A DNA stretch of 64,000 nucleotides. Source: an uncultured Verrucomicrobiae bacterium. GTDB taxonomy: Bacteria; Verrucomicrobiota; Verrucomicrobiia; Limisphaerales; UBA11358. Location of the stretch: positions 78,902 to 142,901 of the forward strand of contig CAVWKA010000020.1 in the NCBI GenBank assembly GCA_963755515.1, written 5' to 3'. The notes under the pieces were generated by a model. The model was not told where the DNA came from. It made no database searches and saw only the letters and a program-made list of their open reading frames with translations. How positions within the stretch are numbered: the stretch's first letter is position 1; every line of letters starts with the position of its first letter. Position numbers and translations under genes: made by a program. Below are positions 20,175 through 31,125 of the stretch, piece after piece.

Positions 20175-21517
20175 AAGCGAAAATTCTAATTGTGGATGAT
20201 GAAAGGGATTTGCGCGAACTGCTGGCGTCCGTGCTCGAGGATTATTATGACGTGGCGCAAGCCGCCAGCGGCGCCTCCTTGCGGCAGTCCTTGTCCCAGG
20301 ATCCGCCGGATGTCGTCCTCCTCGATGTCAAATTGCCCGACGCCGACGGCCTCGACCTGCTGCCCCAGATCAAAAAGTCCTGGCCGGAGACGGAAGTCAT
20401 TGTCTTGAGCGGCCACGGCACCGTGACCATGGCCGTGGAAGCCGGCCGCCGCGGCGCCTACAATTTCCTTACCAAACCGTTCGAGAATGAAAAATTGCTG
20501 GCGGACGTCAAATGCGCCGTTGACCGCAAGCGGCAAGGCGAGGAAAACGTTACGCTGCGACGGGCGCTGGAAACCATGAGCGGCGCCAATTCGCCGATTT
20601 TCCGCAGCCCGGCCATGCAGGACGTCATCCGCACCGTCGAACGCATCGCGCCGAGCGACGCCCCCATTCTTGTTACCGGCGAGAGCGGCACGGGCAAGGA
20701 AGTCATCGCCGACCTGGTTCATTCGCTGAGCGCCCGCAGCAAGGGCCGGATCATCAAAATCAATTGCGCCGCCCTGCCGCGCGAATTGATTGAAAGTGAG
20801 CTGTTCGGTTCGGTAAAAGGCGCGTTCACCGGCGCGACCTCCGACCGCGAGGGCCTCTTCCGCCAGGCTGAAGACGGCACGTTGCTGCTCGATGAAATTT
20901 CCGAGATGCCCATTGACACCCAAAGCAAGTTGCTCCGGGTGTTGCAGGACCAGGAGGTGCGTCCGGTCGGCGGCAAGACGACGTATCGAACCAATTGCCG
21001 GATTCTCGCCGCCACCAACCGCAGGCCCCAATTGGCCATCAAGGACGGCAAGTTGCGCGAGGATCTGTTTTATCGCATCAGCGCGATTTCGGTCCATCTG
21101 CCGCCGTTGCGCGAACGCCGCGATGACATTGTGCCGCTGGCAAATTCGTTCCTGAAAAAATTTGCGGCCCAGGCCAATCGCGATATCCGGGGCTTCAAGC
21201 CCGCCGCAATGGAGCGGTTGACAGCCTTCGACTGGCCCGGCAACGTCCGGCAGTTGCAGAATGAAATCCAGCGCGCCGTGCTGTTGTGCGAAGGCGCGGA
21301 AATTGACGCCAGCGACCTTTCGGTGGCCGCCGCCCCGGCGGTGGAAACGTCGGAGGAAATGGACGCCAATTTCACCCTGCTCGAAGGCGTCGAGCGCAAC
21401 GCCATCGTCCAGATGCTCAAGCAAAGCAACGGAAACAAACTGGAAGCCGCCAAACGCCTCGGCATCGGACGCCAGACGCTTTACAACAAAATCAAGGCGT
21501 ATGGCATTGACGTGTGA
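20171..21517 (+). CDS. Sigma54-dependent response regulator (NtrC family)
   Basis: REC, GESGTGKE, GAFTGA, Fis HTH. Confidence 0.93.
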   Translation: MKAKILIVDDERDLRELLASVLEDYYDVAQAASGASLRQSLSQDPPDVVLLDVKLPDADGLDLLPQIKKSWPETEVIVLSGHGTVTMAVEAGRRGAYNFLTKPFENEKLLADVKCAVDRKRQGEENVTLRRALETMSGANSPIFRSPAMQDVIRTVERIAPSDAPILVTGESGTGKEVIADLVHSLSARSKGRIIKINCAALPRELIESELFGSVKGAFTGATSDREGLFRQAEDGTLLLDEISEMPIDTQSKLLRVLQDQEVRPVGGKTTYRTNCRILAATNRRPQLAIKDGKLREDLFYRISAISVHLPPLRERRDDIVPLANSFLKKFAAQANRDIRGFKPAAMERLTAFDWPGNVRQLQNEIQRAVLLCEGAEIDASDLSVAAAPAVETSEEMDANFTLLEGVERNAIVQMLKQSNGNKLEAAKRLGIGRQTLYNKIKAYGIDV

Positions 21518-21526
21518 ACGGCGATC

Positions 21527-22306
21527 TTACAGCTGCCCGATCAGTTTGCCCAACAGCAGCGTCAGGAAAAAATTCGTGATCAGTATCGAGATGGACGAAT
21601 ACACCACGGCCTCCGTCGTGGCGCGGCCCACGCCTTCCGCGCCCAACCCGCAGGTCATCCCCTTGTAACACCCGATCAGCGCGATCATCCCGCCATAAAC
21701 GAACCCCTTCGTCAAACCAATGATCACGTCAATGTCGTGCGTGAAATGCAGCATGTTATACCACGAATACACCGGGTCTATCCCGAGCAAATACACGCCC
21801 ACCAGATAACTGCTGCCAATGCCGATGGAAATGGATTCGATGGTCAGCACGGGCAGGGCGATGTGCCCTGCCACAATTCGCGGCACGACCAGATAATCCA
21901 CCGGATGCGTTGCCAGCGTCCGTAGCGCGTCAATCTGCTCCGTCACGCGCATCGTGCCGATTTCGGCGGCGATGGCCGCCCCCACCCGCCCGGCCACCAT
22001 CAGCGCCGTCAGCACCGGCCCCAGTTCGTCGCACATGGATACGCTCACCACCGCCAGCGTGGCGGTGTCCATCTTCACTTTATGGAATTGAAAATAGGTT
22101 TGCGCGCCAAGTACCATCCCGGTGAACGCGCCGGTGACCAGCACGACCAGCTGCGATTTCACGCCGATGAAATAAACTTGATACAACAAATCGCGCCAGG
22201 TGATCCTGAGCTTGAAGAGCGAGGCCAGGACATCGCGCGCGAGCAGCGTGATTTGCCCCAAACCGGCGAGATTGGCGGCGATGCGTTGGTTGGCCGGACT
22301 ATTCAT
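21527..22306 (-). CDS. MlaE-family ABC permease
   Basis: ELGPVLTALMVAGRVGAAIAAEIGTMRVTEQIDAL. Confidence 0.9.
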   Translation of the reverse strand: MNSPANQRIAANLAGLGQITLLARDVLASLFKLRITWRDLLYQVYFIGVKSQLVVLVTGAFTGMVLGAQTYFQFHKVKMDTATLAVVSVSMCDELGPVLTALMVAGRVGAAIAAEIGTMRVTEQIDALRTLATHPVDYLVVPRIVAGHIALPVLTIESISIGIGSSYLVGVYLLGIDPVYSWYNMLHFTHDIDVIIGLTKGFVYGGMIALIGCYKGMTCGLGAEGVGRATTEAVVYSSISILITNFFLTLLLGKLIGQL

Positions 22307-22358
22307 GGTCGCGGCAAGTTACCCATTGTGGGAGATTGGCGCAATTGCTGAATCGGTC

Positions 22359-22468
22359 GGAGCGCGGCTCTGTCAGCCGCGGCACCGTCCGCGTTTTCAA
22401 CACGCCGCCGGTTGTCTCCTCTCTCTTGCGTCTGAGGAAGCTGCTGCGGCTCACAGAGCCGCGCTCCG
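22359..22468. repeat. Inverted REP-like doublet GGAGCGCGGCTCTGTSAGCCGC
   Basis: Two inverted hairpin units between divergent genes. Confidence 0.65.
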
Positions 22469-22515
22469 GAGACAGGGAGAAGTTGACGCGAGCGTTTGTT
22501 TGCTTGTTGCAAAAA

Positions 22516-23317
22516 ATGAAAAAATACTGGCACGTTATCGCCATCGGCATTCAGAACAACCTGACCTACCGCTTCAATTATTTGACGCGGACGCTGTTCA
22601 GTTTCATCCCGCTGTTCGCCATGCTGTCGCTCTGGCAAAAGATTTATTCCGGCGGTAACGCCCAGCATGGGGGATGGACCCGGGCGGAAATGATTTTTTA
22701 TTACCTGTTGGTTGCCGTCATGGACGTCTTCACCGCCGTGAACGAAGACGACTGGCAGATCGCCGCTGACATCCGCGAAGGCGCCATCAGCCAGTTTCTC
22801 CTCAAGCCGATTGATTACCTTTGGTACCGGCTTTGCCTGTTTTTTTCCGGCCGGGCTGACCTTTGTCATGATGGCTGCCGTTCCGCTCGCGGCGTTTATC
22901 CTCCTCTTCCGGGGCTACGTGGTGCTGCCGGCAAATTCCCTGGCGGCGGTGGTCTTTCCCTTTTCCGTTCTGTTGACCGCGCTGCTGCAATTTTTTATTT
23001 CCTATTCCATGGCCATGCTGGCCTTTTGGCTCCTCGAAATTTCCACGTTCATTTTCATCCTCTTCGCCTTTGAATACATCGCCAGCGGGCATTTGTTTCC
23101 ATTGAATCTTTTCCCGCCGCCGATTTTTCACGCGCTGATGTTCACGCCCTTTCCGTATCAAATGTATCTCCCCGTCAGTATTTACATGGGCAAAACTTCC
23201 GGGGCGGAATTATGGGGCGGCTTGGCGATGCAGGTGCTCTGGGTGATCCTGGGCTATGGCTTCGCGCGGTTCATGTGGCGCCGCGGCGTAAGGAAATACT
23301 CCGCATTTGGGGGATAA
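22516..23317 (+). CDS. ABC-2 family permease (DUF990-like), frameshift near 22855
   Basis: YRFNY, DIREGAISQFLLKP, SGHLFPL, terminal YSAFGG. Confidence 0.8.
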
Positions 23318-24137
23318 AGAGACGCGCCTTTTTGTTCAATCCGTCCCTTGGGTCCCTGAACCCGCCGCCGATGGCTAGCCGTTCAAGCGACCGCCCGCAT
23401 TCGCTTGCTATTCCCTCTCCGCTCCCATCCGATGGGAGGGGAGAGGGTCAGGGAGAGGTGAGGATCCGCCGTCTTTACCGGGACTATTCAAACTGCGCGC
23501 CAGCGTCTTGGAGTGCGGCTGCAAGCGAAGCGCGACGCCGCTTTGGCACGGCACATCCGTTTGCCCAGCCATCTGACTCTTGGAAATCGCCGCCCCTTCC
23601 AAAGCGGGACCAGCGTCCACCTCCTTCCTGTCCCGTCGTAGCCCGCCGAACGCGGATCCCCTCTCCGCTCCCATCCAAGAGCGCCTTTTGTTCAATCCGT
23701 CCCTTGGGTCCCTGAACCCGCCGCCGATGGCTGGCCGTTCAAGCGACCGCCCGCATTCACTTGCTGTTCCCTCTCCGCTCCCATCCGATGGGAGGGGAGA
23801 GGGTCAGGGAGAGGTGTGGGTCCGCTGGGTTCGCGGGGAGCACGCGCGCAAAATTCCCAACTATCACTCCCCATCGTCATATTCTCGCCCATCGTGCGTC
23901 CGCATTTGGGGGATAAAGAGCGCCTTTTGTTCAATCCGTCCCTTGGGTGCCTGAACCCGCCGCCGATGGCTGGCCGTTCAAGCGACCGCCCGCATTCACT
24001 TGCTGTTCCCTCTCCGCTCCCATCCGATGGGAGGGGAGAGGGTCAGGGAGAGGTGAGGATCCGCTGGGTTCACGAGGAGCGCGCTCATAACATTCCCAAC
24101 ATCACCCCCCCATTGTCATATTCTCGCCCATCGCGCG
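23301..24137. repeat. Three imperfect tandem copies of an intergenic unit with a REP hairpin
   Basis: Units start near 23325, 23681, 23920; hairpin CCCTCTCCGCTCCCATCCGATGGGAGGGGAGAGGG. Confidence 0.85.
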
Positions 24138-25508
24138 CTCCAACCGGGCGCGCGCCACGTCATAATCGTGCAGCGCCTGAATTTGCGTCGTCCGCGCCTG
24201 GGTCAGCGCCGTTTCGGCGTTCAACACGTCCAATTGCGTGCCCGTCCCCGCCCCGGACCGCGCCCGCGCCTCGCGCAAGGCTTCCTCGGCCTCCGCTTGA
24301 ACTTCCTGCTGCGACACCAAAACTTCCCGGGCCTCCACAAAATCCGAGTAGGCCGTGCGCACTTCCAATTCAATCTGCCGCGACTCGTCGGCCAGCGTGT
24401 TTTGGGATTTTTCGTACAGCGCCTTGGCCTGGACCACTTTGCCCCGGGTCAACAGCCCGTCGAAAATGTCCCATTGCAATTGCGCGCCGGCGTTGTAGCC
24501 GTAAAGGTCGTGGTTCAGCGTGACCGGCGGCGTGAATTGCGCGTTGTTCCACCCGTAACCGGCAAACACCTGCAACGTGGGCTTGTAACCGGAACTGGCG
24601 TTTACCAGGCTCAGCTTTTCCAATTCTTCACCCTCCCGCAGCGCAATCAGTTCCGTCCGCCGCGCCATCGCCGCCTGGATGGCGTCCGGCAAGTTCACGT
24701 CAAATGGCTTCTCGTCCAGCGTATCGGACAAATGCATGGGAATGTCCTCCCAGATGTCCCGCGGTAAATTGTAGCCAAGCAGATTCGAGAGATTATTTTT
24801 GGCAATGCGATAATTGTTGCGCGCCTGGATAAGATTCGGCCGTTCATTGGCCAGGGCCACGTCGGCCTGCAAAACGTTGAAATGAGGCACGGTCCCCGCT
24901 TTGTATCGGCTCTCCTGGTCTTGCAATTCCTTCTGCAACAGGTTCACCGAAGCCTCATGGACGGTGATTTGTTGCCCGGCCAGCAATACGTCGTAATAAG
25001 CCACGCGCGTGTTGAGCAGCGTGTCGGCCACCACGGTCTCAAATTGCGCAATCGCCTGCCGCTTCGTGGCGCCCGCCGCCCGAATCGCCGCCACCAGCTT
25101 GCCGCCTTCGTAGATCGTCTGGACGATTTGCACGTCGGCGTTCCAGTTCTGGTTTGGCTCCGTAATGCCGAAAAAGTTCTCCTCCGCAGTCGGCTGCGTA
25201 TATTTATACTGCCCGCCGGCGGTCAACTGCGGCAGCGCCACCGCCCGCGTCTGAATCACCACCCCCTGCGACGAGCGCAGATCATTCCGCGCTTCGAGAA
25301 TCGTCGCATTTTGCTGGAGTGACAGGTTCAGCGCATTCACCAGCGACAGCGGCTGAGCGCTCCATGCAATCCAATTCGTCGCCGTTTCCTGGGCATAAGC
25401 CGGTAAATTGGTGTCGGCGCCTTGCGCGGAAATGCTTCCGGTCACACCGAAAAGAACTATCGCCAATGGCAGAATCGTTTTCATTTCTTTCATTTCAAAA
25501 ATCCTCAT
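24102..25508 (-). CDS. TolC-family outer-membrane efflux protein
   Basis: Signal peptide, OEP repeats, GTGTQLDVLNAE. Confidence 0.9.
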   Translation of the reverse strand: MRIFEMKEMKTILPLAIVLFGVTGSISAQGADTNLPAYAQETATNWIAWSAQPLSLVNALNLSLQQNATILEARNDLRSSQGVVIQTRAVALPQLTAGGQYKYTQPTAEENFFGITEPNQNWNADVQIVQTIYEGGKLVAAIRAAGATKRQAIAQFETVVADTLLNTRVAYYDVLLAGQQITVHEASVNLLQKELQDQESRYKAGTVPHFNVLQADVALANERPNLIQARNNYRIAKNNLSNLLGYNLPRDIWEDIPMHLSDTLDEKPFDVNLPDAIQAAMARRTELIALREGEELEKLSLVNASSGYKPTLQVFAGYGWNNAQFTPPVTLNHDLYGYNAGAQLQWDIFDGLLTRGKVVQAKALYEKSQNTLADESRQIELEVRTAYSDFVEAREVLVSQQEVQAEAEEALREARARSGAGTGTQLDVLNAETALTQARTTQIQALHDYDVARARLERAMGENMTMGG

Positions 25509-26170
25509 CGCTTGGTCGCGCCCGCCGGCCGCGATTTCATCGCCGCCAGTGAAAAATCGGCTATGTGCTTCGCCAGCCGCTCAATGCCGGCAACGTCCTG
25601 CGGCACTTGCTTGGGAAACAGCCGCGAAACCACGGGGCGGCAATGATGGAAAAAAACACACTGGCTCACAACGCTGAAACCATAACACCAAACCCGCTCG
25701 TCGTTCATCGGGCAGTCGAGAATCTCCGCGATGATTTTCCAGAGCTGCGTGGCCATCGGGCGGATGCGTTCCTCCACCAGCGAATCCAGCGCGCCCGTCG
25801 GCTCGATCATCTCGCGCGAAATCAGCTTCCCATGCCAGGACGTCGGCCCCTTGTCAAATATCCGGAGCAGGAAGGAGTGAATAAACGCGCGCAATTTTTG
25901 CTCCGCCGGCGCGTCTTCCGCCAGCCCCTGCAGCGGCGGATGCTTCTCCAGCGACTTTCCGTGAGCGTAACGCAGCGCTTCCAGGTACAGCGTTTCCTTG
26001 TCGCCAAAATGGTAATTCACCGCGGCTACATTCGCCCCGGCGCGGCCGCAGATTTCCCGTATGGTCGCAGCGCGAAATCCCGTCTCGGCAAACACTTCCC
26101 CCGCCGCCTGCAATAACTGCTGGCGGGTTTCATCCAGGCTTTTCGCCGGGGCGCGGGCGCGCGGCTTCAT
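25505..26170 (-). CDS. TetR-family regulator (CerR/DUF1956-like C-terminus)
   Basis: FAETGFRAATIREIC..AGANVAAVNYHFGDKE. Confidence 0.88.
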   Translation of the reverse strand: MKPRARAPAKSLDETRQQLLQAAGEVFAETGFRAATIREICGRAGANVAAVNYHFGDKETLYLEALRYAHGKSLEKHPPLQGLAEDAPAEQKLRAFIHSFLLRIFDKGPTSWHGKLISREMIEPTGALDSLVEERIRPMATQLWKIIAEILDCPMNDERVWCYGFSVVSQCVFFHHCRPVVSRLFPKQVPQDVAGIERLAKHIADFSLAAMKSRPAGATKR

Positions 26171-26171
26171 T

Positions 26172-26200
26172 TCAAACAAATAATTAAAACATTTGTTTGA
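26172..26200. promoter_or_regulatory. Probable TetR operator
   Basis: Perfect inverted repeat TCAAACAAAT-N9-ATTTGTTTGA between divergent tetR and efflux operon. Confidence 0.7.
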
Positions 26201-26265
26201 CACGTCAATGAAAATCTTTATTTTTCGTTGAGTCGAAAGTCGCCCCTGAAAGCTTGAGTAATGCA

Positions 26266-27120
26266 ATGAAGAAAAGATTCATTTTGTTCCTGGCGCTCCT
26301 GGCCGTGGCCGCCGGCGCGCTCGCCTACGCCTTCACCCGGCCGACTCGTGAAATTGTCCTCACCGGCACCGTCACCACGGATACCGTCATCGTCGCGCCG
26401 GAAATCCAGGGTCGTTTGCAAAAGTTGCTTGTCGAGGAAGGCGACATCGTGACCAACGGCGAAATGCTCGCTCAAATCCTCCCCGCGGAATGGCAGGCCG
26501 ACGCGGAATTTTATGTCCACAGCGAACAGCAAACCACCGCCAACCTCGCCCAGGCCCAGGCCGATTTGGAGAACGCCCGCCTCAATTTCGCCCGTATCGC
26601 CGGCCTTTATTCAAACAACGTCGAATCCGCCCAGGATTATGATGCCGCCCGGACGACCTACGATTCCGCCAAAGCCCATGTGGATGCCGTCAAAAGGCAA
26701 ATCCAGGCCGCCTCGGCCCAAAAACAAAAGGCCCAGATCGTCCTGGGCTATACGCAAATTTTCGCGCCCACCAATGGCATCATTGACAAACGCGTCGCCT
26801 TGGAGGGCGAAATGGTCAATCCCGGCCAGCCCATCGTCACCATTATCAATCCCGATGACCTCTGGGTCCGCGCCGATGTCGAGGAAACCTACATTGACCG
26901 CATCCGTCTCGGCGACCAATTTCAAGTCCGCCTCCCCTCCGGCGCCACCCGTGAAGGCACGGTCTTTTATCGCAGCGTGGACGCCGATTACGCCACCCAG
27001 CGCGACGTCAGCCGCACCAAACGCGACATCAAGACCTTTGAAATCCGCCTCCGCTGCGATAATTCTGACCGCGCCCTGGCCGTGGGCATGACGGCTTATG
27101 TTACCCTGCCGCTGAAATGA
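26266..27120 (+). CDS. HlyD-family membrane fusion protein
   Basis: N-terminal anchor, lipoyl-like halves, coiled coil. Confidence 0.88.
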   Translation: MKKRFILFLALLAVAAGALAYAFTRPTREIVLTGTVTTDTVIVAPEIQGRLQKLLVEEGDIVTNGEMLAQILPAEWQADAEFYVHSEQQTTANLAQAQADLENARLNFARIAGLYSNNVESAQDYDAARTTYDSAKAHVDAVKRQIQAASAQKQKAQIVLGYTQIFAPTNGIIDKRVALEGEMVNPGQPIVTIINPDDLWVRADVEETYIDRIRLGDQFQVRLPSGATREGTVFYRSVDADYATQRDVSRTKRDIKTFEIRLRCDNSDRALAVGMTAYVTLPLK

Positions 27121-28106
27121 ATGCCGACGTTGAAGTCGAAAATCTCACCAAGCGCTTCGGCGATTTCATCGCCGTGGACGCCTTGAATTTTTCCGTCGAA
27201 CATGGCGAGATTTTCGGGTTGCTCGGCCCCAACGGCGCGGGAAAATCCACCCTCATCCGCATGTTGACCACCCTCGTGCCGCCCACTTCCGGCGCCGCCC
27301 GCGTCAATCACTTCGACATCGTCCGCCAGCCCAACAACGTCCGGCAATCCATTGGCGTCATCCCCCAGGCCATGACCAGCGACCTCGAATTGAGCGCCGA
27401 GGAAAATCTCATCATCTTCGCCAAACTTTACGGAATCCCCCACGAGCAGCGCAAACGCGCCATCCCGCAACTCCTCAAGGAAGTGGATTTGACCCAATGG
27501 GCGGACAAACCCGTTAAAATGTTTTCCGGCGGTATGAGGCGCCGCATGGAAATCGCGCGCGGCCTCGTCCATGAACCCAAAATCTTCTTCCTCGACGAAC
27601 CCACCACCGGCCTGGACCCCGTCTCCCGCGTCTCCGTCTGGGAAATGCTCGCCCGCCTGAAACGCGAACGCGATTTGACCATCATCGTCACCACCCACTA
27701 CATGGATGAAGCCGATAAATTGTGCGACCGCATCGCCATCATTGACCAGGGCAGGCTCGCCGCCCTCGATTCCCCGCTGAAATTAAAGGCCTCCATTCCC
27801 GGAAAAAACATCCTCGAAGCGAGCTTCTCCGGCCCGCCGGCCAACTGGGCCGAAACCTTGCGGAGGCTCCCTGAAGTGGCCGAAGTGAAAAACCAGGAGA
27901 ATGTCTTCCGCATCTCCACCAATAACGGCCCCCGCACCACGGTCGAATTGCTTGAAAAGGCCCGCGCCGCAAACATCGCCGTCACCTCGCTCTCGGTCCA
28001 AAGCACCACCCTCGACGACGTGTTTGCCCATTACACCGGCCATCAACTCCGCGATGCCCTCCAGGCGCCGTCAGCCGCCGAAAGCCCCTTTATCATGCGA
28101 CGTTGA
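27117..28106 (+). CDS. ABC transporter ATP-binding protein (DrrA-like)
   Basis: GPNGAGKS, FSGGM, LDEPT, TTHYM. Confidence 0.93.
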   Translation: MNADVEVENLTKRFGDFIAVDALNFSVEHGEIFGLLGPNGAGKSTLIRMLTTLVPPTSGAARVNHFDIVRQPNNVRQSIGVIPQAMTSDLELSAEENLIIFAKLYGIPHEQRKRAIPQLLKEVDLTQWADKPVKMFSGGMRRRMEIARGLVHEPKIFFLDEPTTGLDPVSRVSVWEMLARLKRERDLTIIVTTHYMDEADKLCDRIAIIDQGRLAALDSPLKLKASIPGKNILEASFSGPPANWAETLRRLPEVAEVKNQENVFRISTNNGPRTTVELLEKARAANIAVTSLSVQSTTLDDVFAHYTGHQLRDALQAPSAAESPFIMRR

Positions 28107-28110
28107 TTTT

Positions 28111-29223
28111 ATGCACCGGGTCTGGGCCATCATTGAACGCGACCTGCGCCGCTTCCGGCGCAGCCCGGCGCTTATGTTCGTTTCCATGATCATGCCGCTC
28201 GTGCAATTGGTCGTGCTCGGCTACGCCTTCGGTGGAAAAATAAAAAACCTCCAGGTCGGCGTCGTGGATGAGGACCACGGCGTTCCCGCCATCAAACTGC
28301 ACGAAATGTTCCAGGCCGTCGCCGCCAACGCCAAAACCTTCACCCCCATCTATTATGACGACCGCGCCCTAGCCATCCACGATTTGCGGATCGGAAAAAT
28401 CAACGGCGTGCTCGACATTCCGCCTCAATTTTCACGCAAGGTCCTCGCGGGCATCAACCCCAGCATCGCCCTGATGGAGGACAATTCGGACCAATTCTCC
28501 GCCTCCGCCCTCGAAGGAGTATTGGACAGCCTCGTGCCCTCATATAATTCGTCGCCCGTCCCGCCACGCACCACCAGTGACGTGACTTTGGACGTGGTCG
28601 AAATCTACCCGTATGTGCCTTACATCCAGTTTCTCCTGCCGGGCGTCATCGTGCTGGCGGTTTTCATTTCCGCGATGATTGGCGGCGGCATCATCTTCAT
28701 TGATGACAAGGCGCGCGGACTGCACGAGGGCTATCTCGTGACGCCAATACGCAAATTTGAATTGATTCTCGGATTCACGCTGGCCGGCGCGGTCAAGGCC
28801 ATCATTAGCGGAACGGTTTTAATCACCCTCGGCTCCGTCATTGCCGGAATTCCCGACCCTCTGGATCCACTGCGTATGTTAAGGATGTTTGTTCTGGTGG
28901 TTGCCACCGCCCTGGCGCTCATCAGCATGATGTTCCTCATCATGGTCCGCGTCAGCGATCCGCTGGTGCCCCGCGCGATATTCGGAATGCTCAACACCGT
29001 CCTCTATTTCCCCAGCGGCGCGGTTTACCCGACGCAATCATTTCCCGATTGGATGAAAGCGATTGCCATTGTTGACCCCTTCACCTACGCCGTGCATGGC
29101 TTCAAGCAACTCGTCTTGAAAAACACCGGCCTCATGGCCATCAGCGGCGATTTACTCTTCCTTTTCTGCTTCACCGCGCTGGCCATGGGTATCGCCACCC
29201 TCCTGTTCCGCCGGACGTTGTAG
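28111..29223 (+). CDS. ABC-2 transporter permease
   Basis: TM segments with periplasmic loop, YFPSGAVYP, DPFTYAV. Confidence 0.88.
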   Translation: MHRVWAIIERDLRRFRRSPALMFVSMIMPLVQLVVLGYAFGGKIKNLQVGVVDEDHGVPAIKLHEMFQAVAANAKTFTPIYYDDRALAIHDLRIGKINGVLDIPPQFSRKVLAGINPSIALMEDNSDQFSASALEGVLDSLVPSYNSSPVPPRTTSDVTLDVVEIYPYVPYIQFLLPGVIVLAVFISAMIGGGIIFIDDKARGLHEGYLVTPIRKFELILGFTLAGAVKAIISGTVLITLGSVIAGIPDPLDPLRMLRMFVLVVATALALISMMFLIMVRVSDPLVPRAIFGMLNTVLYFPSGAVYPTQSFPDWMKAIAIVDPFTYAVHGFKQLVLKNTGLMAISGDLLFLFCFTALAMGIATLLFRRTL

Positions 29224-29253
29224 CACCCGCCTCCCGCGGGTTGAGCCGGACGC

Positions 29254-30700
29254 CGGCTGGTTTGGAGTTCCGCGTTTACGCGGCCCGGCCTGAAAAGAGG
29301 CGGCAAGTTCACGGCCCCGATGCGCCCCCTTGCGCCATCCTATCCATTCTTCAGCCCTTAGCCTTTATAGCGTTTCAAGAAAAACTGTAGCCGCGTCCTT
29401 TCCTTCTGGTTCGCTTTGACTCCAACAAAACCTCCGGCGCAGCCGCCGAATAAAACCCTGAAAGGGTGACCGATATTAGCCCAGGGCAAGCGAGTCTGCG
29501 AGCGCCGCCCTGGGTCTCCGGCCACAGTTTTTATCGATACGGTATAATGCCCGGCCAAGTTCACAAAGTCCAATGGCATCCGTGTCGGCATTGAGGGGGA
29601 AGCGCTCGTTACCCGAATAAACGACGAAGCGTTTGTCCGGCTTGAGATCGGCACACGTCTCCGAATGCGAGCATGATTTTGTCGGCTGGTTTGGAGTTCC
29701 GCGTTTACGCGGCCCGGCCTGAAAAGAGGCGGCAAGTTCACGGCCCCGATGCGCCTTCCTATCCAGCCTTCATCCTTCAGCCTTTAGCCTTTGCCGCTAA
29801 TGCCCGGCCAAGTTCACAAAGTCCAATGGCATCTGTGTCGGCATTGAAGGGGAAGCGCTCGTTACCCGAATAAACCACGAAGCGTTTCTCCGGCTTGAGA
29901 TCGGCACACGTCTCCGAATGCGAGCATGATTTTGTCGGCTGGTTTGGAGTTCCGCGTTTACGCGGCCCGGCCTGAAAAGAGGCGGCAAGTTCACGGCCCC
30001 GATGCGCCTTCCTATCCAGCCTTCATCCTTCAGCCTTTAGCCTTTGCCGCTAATGCCCGGCCAAGTTCACAAAGTCCAATGGCATCCGTGTCGGCATTGA
30101 GGGGGAAGCGCTCGTTACCCGAATAAACGACGAAGCGTTTGTCCGGCTTGAGATCGGCACACGTCTCCGAATGCGAGCATGATTTTGTCGGCTGGTTTGG
30201 AGTTCCGCGTTTACGCGGCCCGGCCTGAAAAGAGGCGGCAAGTTCACGGCCCCGATGCGCCTTCCTATCCAGCCTTCATCCTTCAGCCTTTAGCCTTTGC
30301 CGCTAATGCCCGGCCAAGTTCACAAAGTCCAATGGCATCCGTGTCGGCATTGAGGGGGAAGCGCTCATTACCCGAATAAACGACGAAGCGTTTGTCCGGC
30401 TTGAGATCGGCACACGTCTCCGAATGCGAGCATGATTTTGTCGGCTGGTTTGGAGTTCCGCGTTTACGCGGCCCGGCCTGAAAAGAGGCGGCAAGTTCAC
30501 GGCCCCGATGCGCCCCCTTGCGCCATCCTATCCATTCTTCAGCCCTTAGCCTTTATAGCGTTTCAAGAAAAACTGTAGCCGCGTCCTTTCCTTCTGGTTC
30601 GCTTTGACTCCAACAAAACCTCCGGCGCAGCCGCCGAATAAAACCCTGAAAGGGTGACCGATATTAGCCCAGGGCAAGCGAGTCTGCGAGCGCCGCCCTG
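29254..30700. repeat. 253-bp tandem array inside a 259-bp direct repeat
   Basis: Units at 29545, 29798, 30051, 30304; outer repeat 29254-29512 and 30442-30700. Confidence 0.92.
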
Positions 30701-30725
30701 AGCGGGGGTCAGGCCTGAATGGCGC

Positions 30726-31073
30726 TTAGATAATGCGTAAGTCTCTTGTCTTTAACGGCTTGAGGCGTTGCGTGTCAGGCGTTGTTGCGAATAATATCTG
30801 GCGAGATAGAACCTCCATGTCGTGGATGGTCTTACGCAAGCGACGCCCGTTTTGTACGGCCTGTTTCATTTCTTCAAATTGGTCCGCCGACAGGGCCACG
30901 GTTACGGTCTTCCGTCCCACTTTGCGCGTCCACTGGTAACCCGTGCGTGGGGGGGTGAGGGTGGCGCGATCCAAGACCGAGCCATCGCTGATATAACCGA
31001 GGCGCGCCAGCGTCCGCCGGAGTGCGGCGTACTGCTGGAGCCATTGGGGCGGAACTGCCGGAACAGGCTTCAT
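30726..31073 (-). CDS. IS accessory protein, DUF6788-like
   Basis: GSV..YQWTRKVGRKTVTVALS pattern; identical in both IS copies. Confidence 0.65.
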   Translation of the reverse strand: MKPVPAVPPQWLQQYAALRRTLARLGYISDGSVLDRATLTPPRTGYQWTRKVGRKTVTVALSADQFEEMKQAVQNGRRLRKTIHDMEVLSRQILFATTPDTQRLKPLKTRDLRII

Positions 31074-31088
31074 GACGGCATTTTAACA

Positions 31089-31125
31089 TTGACGTCAAGC
31101 CATTGACAAGTATATATACTTGTCA
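31089..31125. promoter_or_regulatory. Divergent control region with palindromes
   Basis: TTGACGTCAA (31089-31098) and perfect 22-bp TGACAAGTATATATACTTGTCA (31104-31125); also in copy 2. Confidence 0.6.

Noticed and set aside
20186-21424. Long antisense ORFs (also 9994-10770, 31341-32483, 33011-34027, 43057-44088, 61880-62809)
   Set aside because: Shadow ORFs of well-supported genes in GC-rich DNA
29545-30510. CRISPR array or repeated 65-66 aa ORFs
   Set aside because: Whole 253-bp units repeat with no unique spacers; the ORFs are by-products of the repeat
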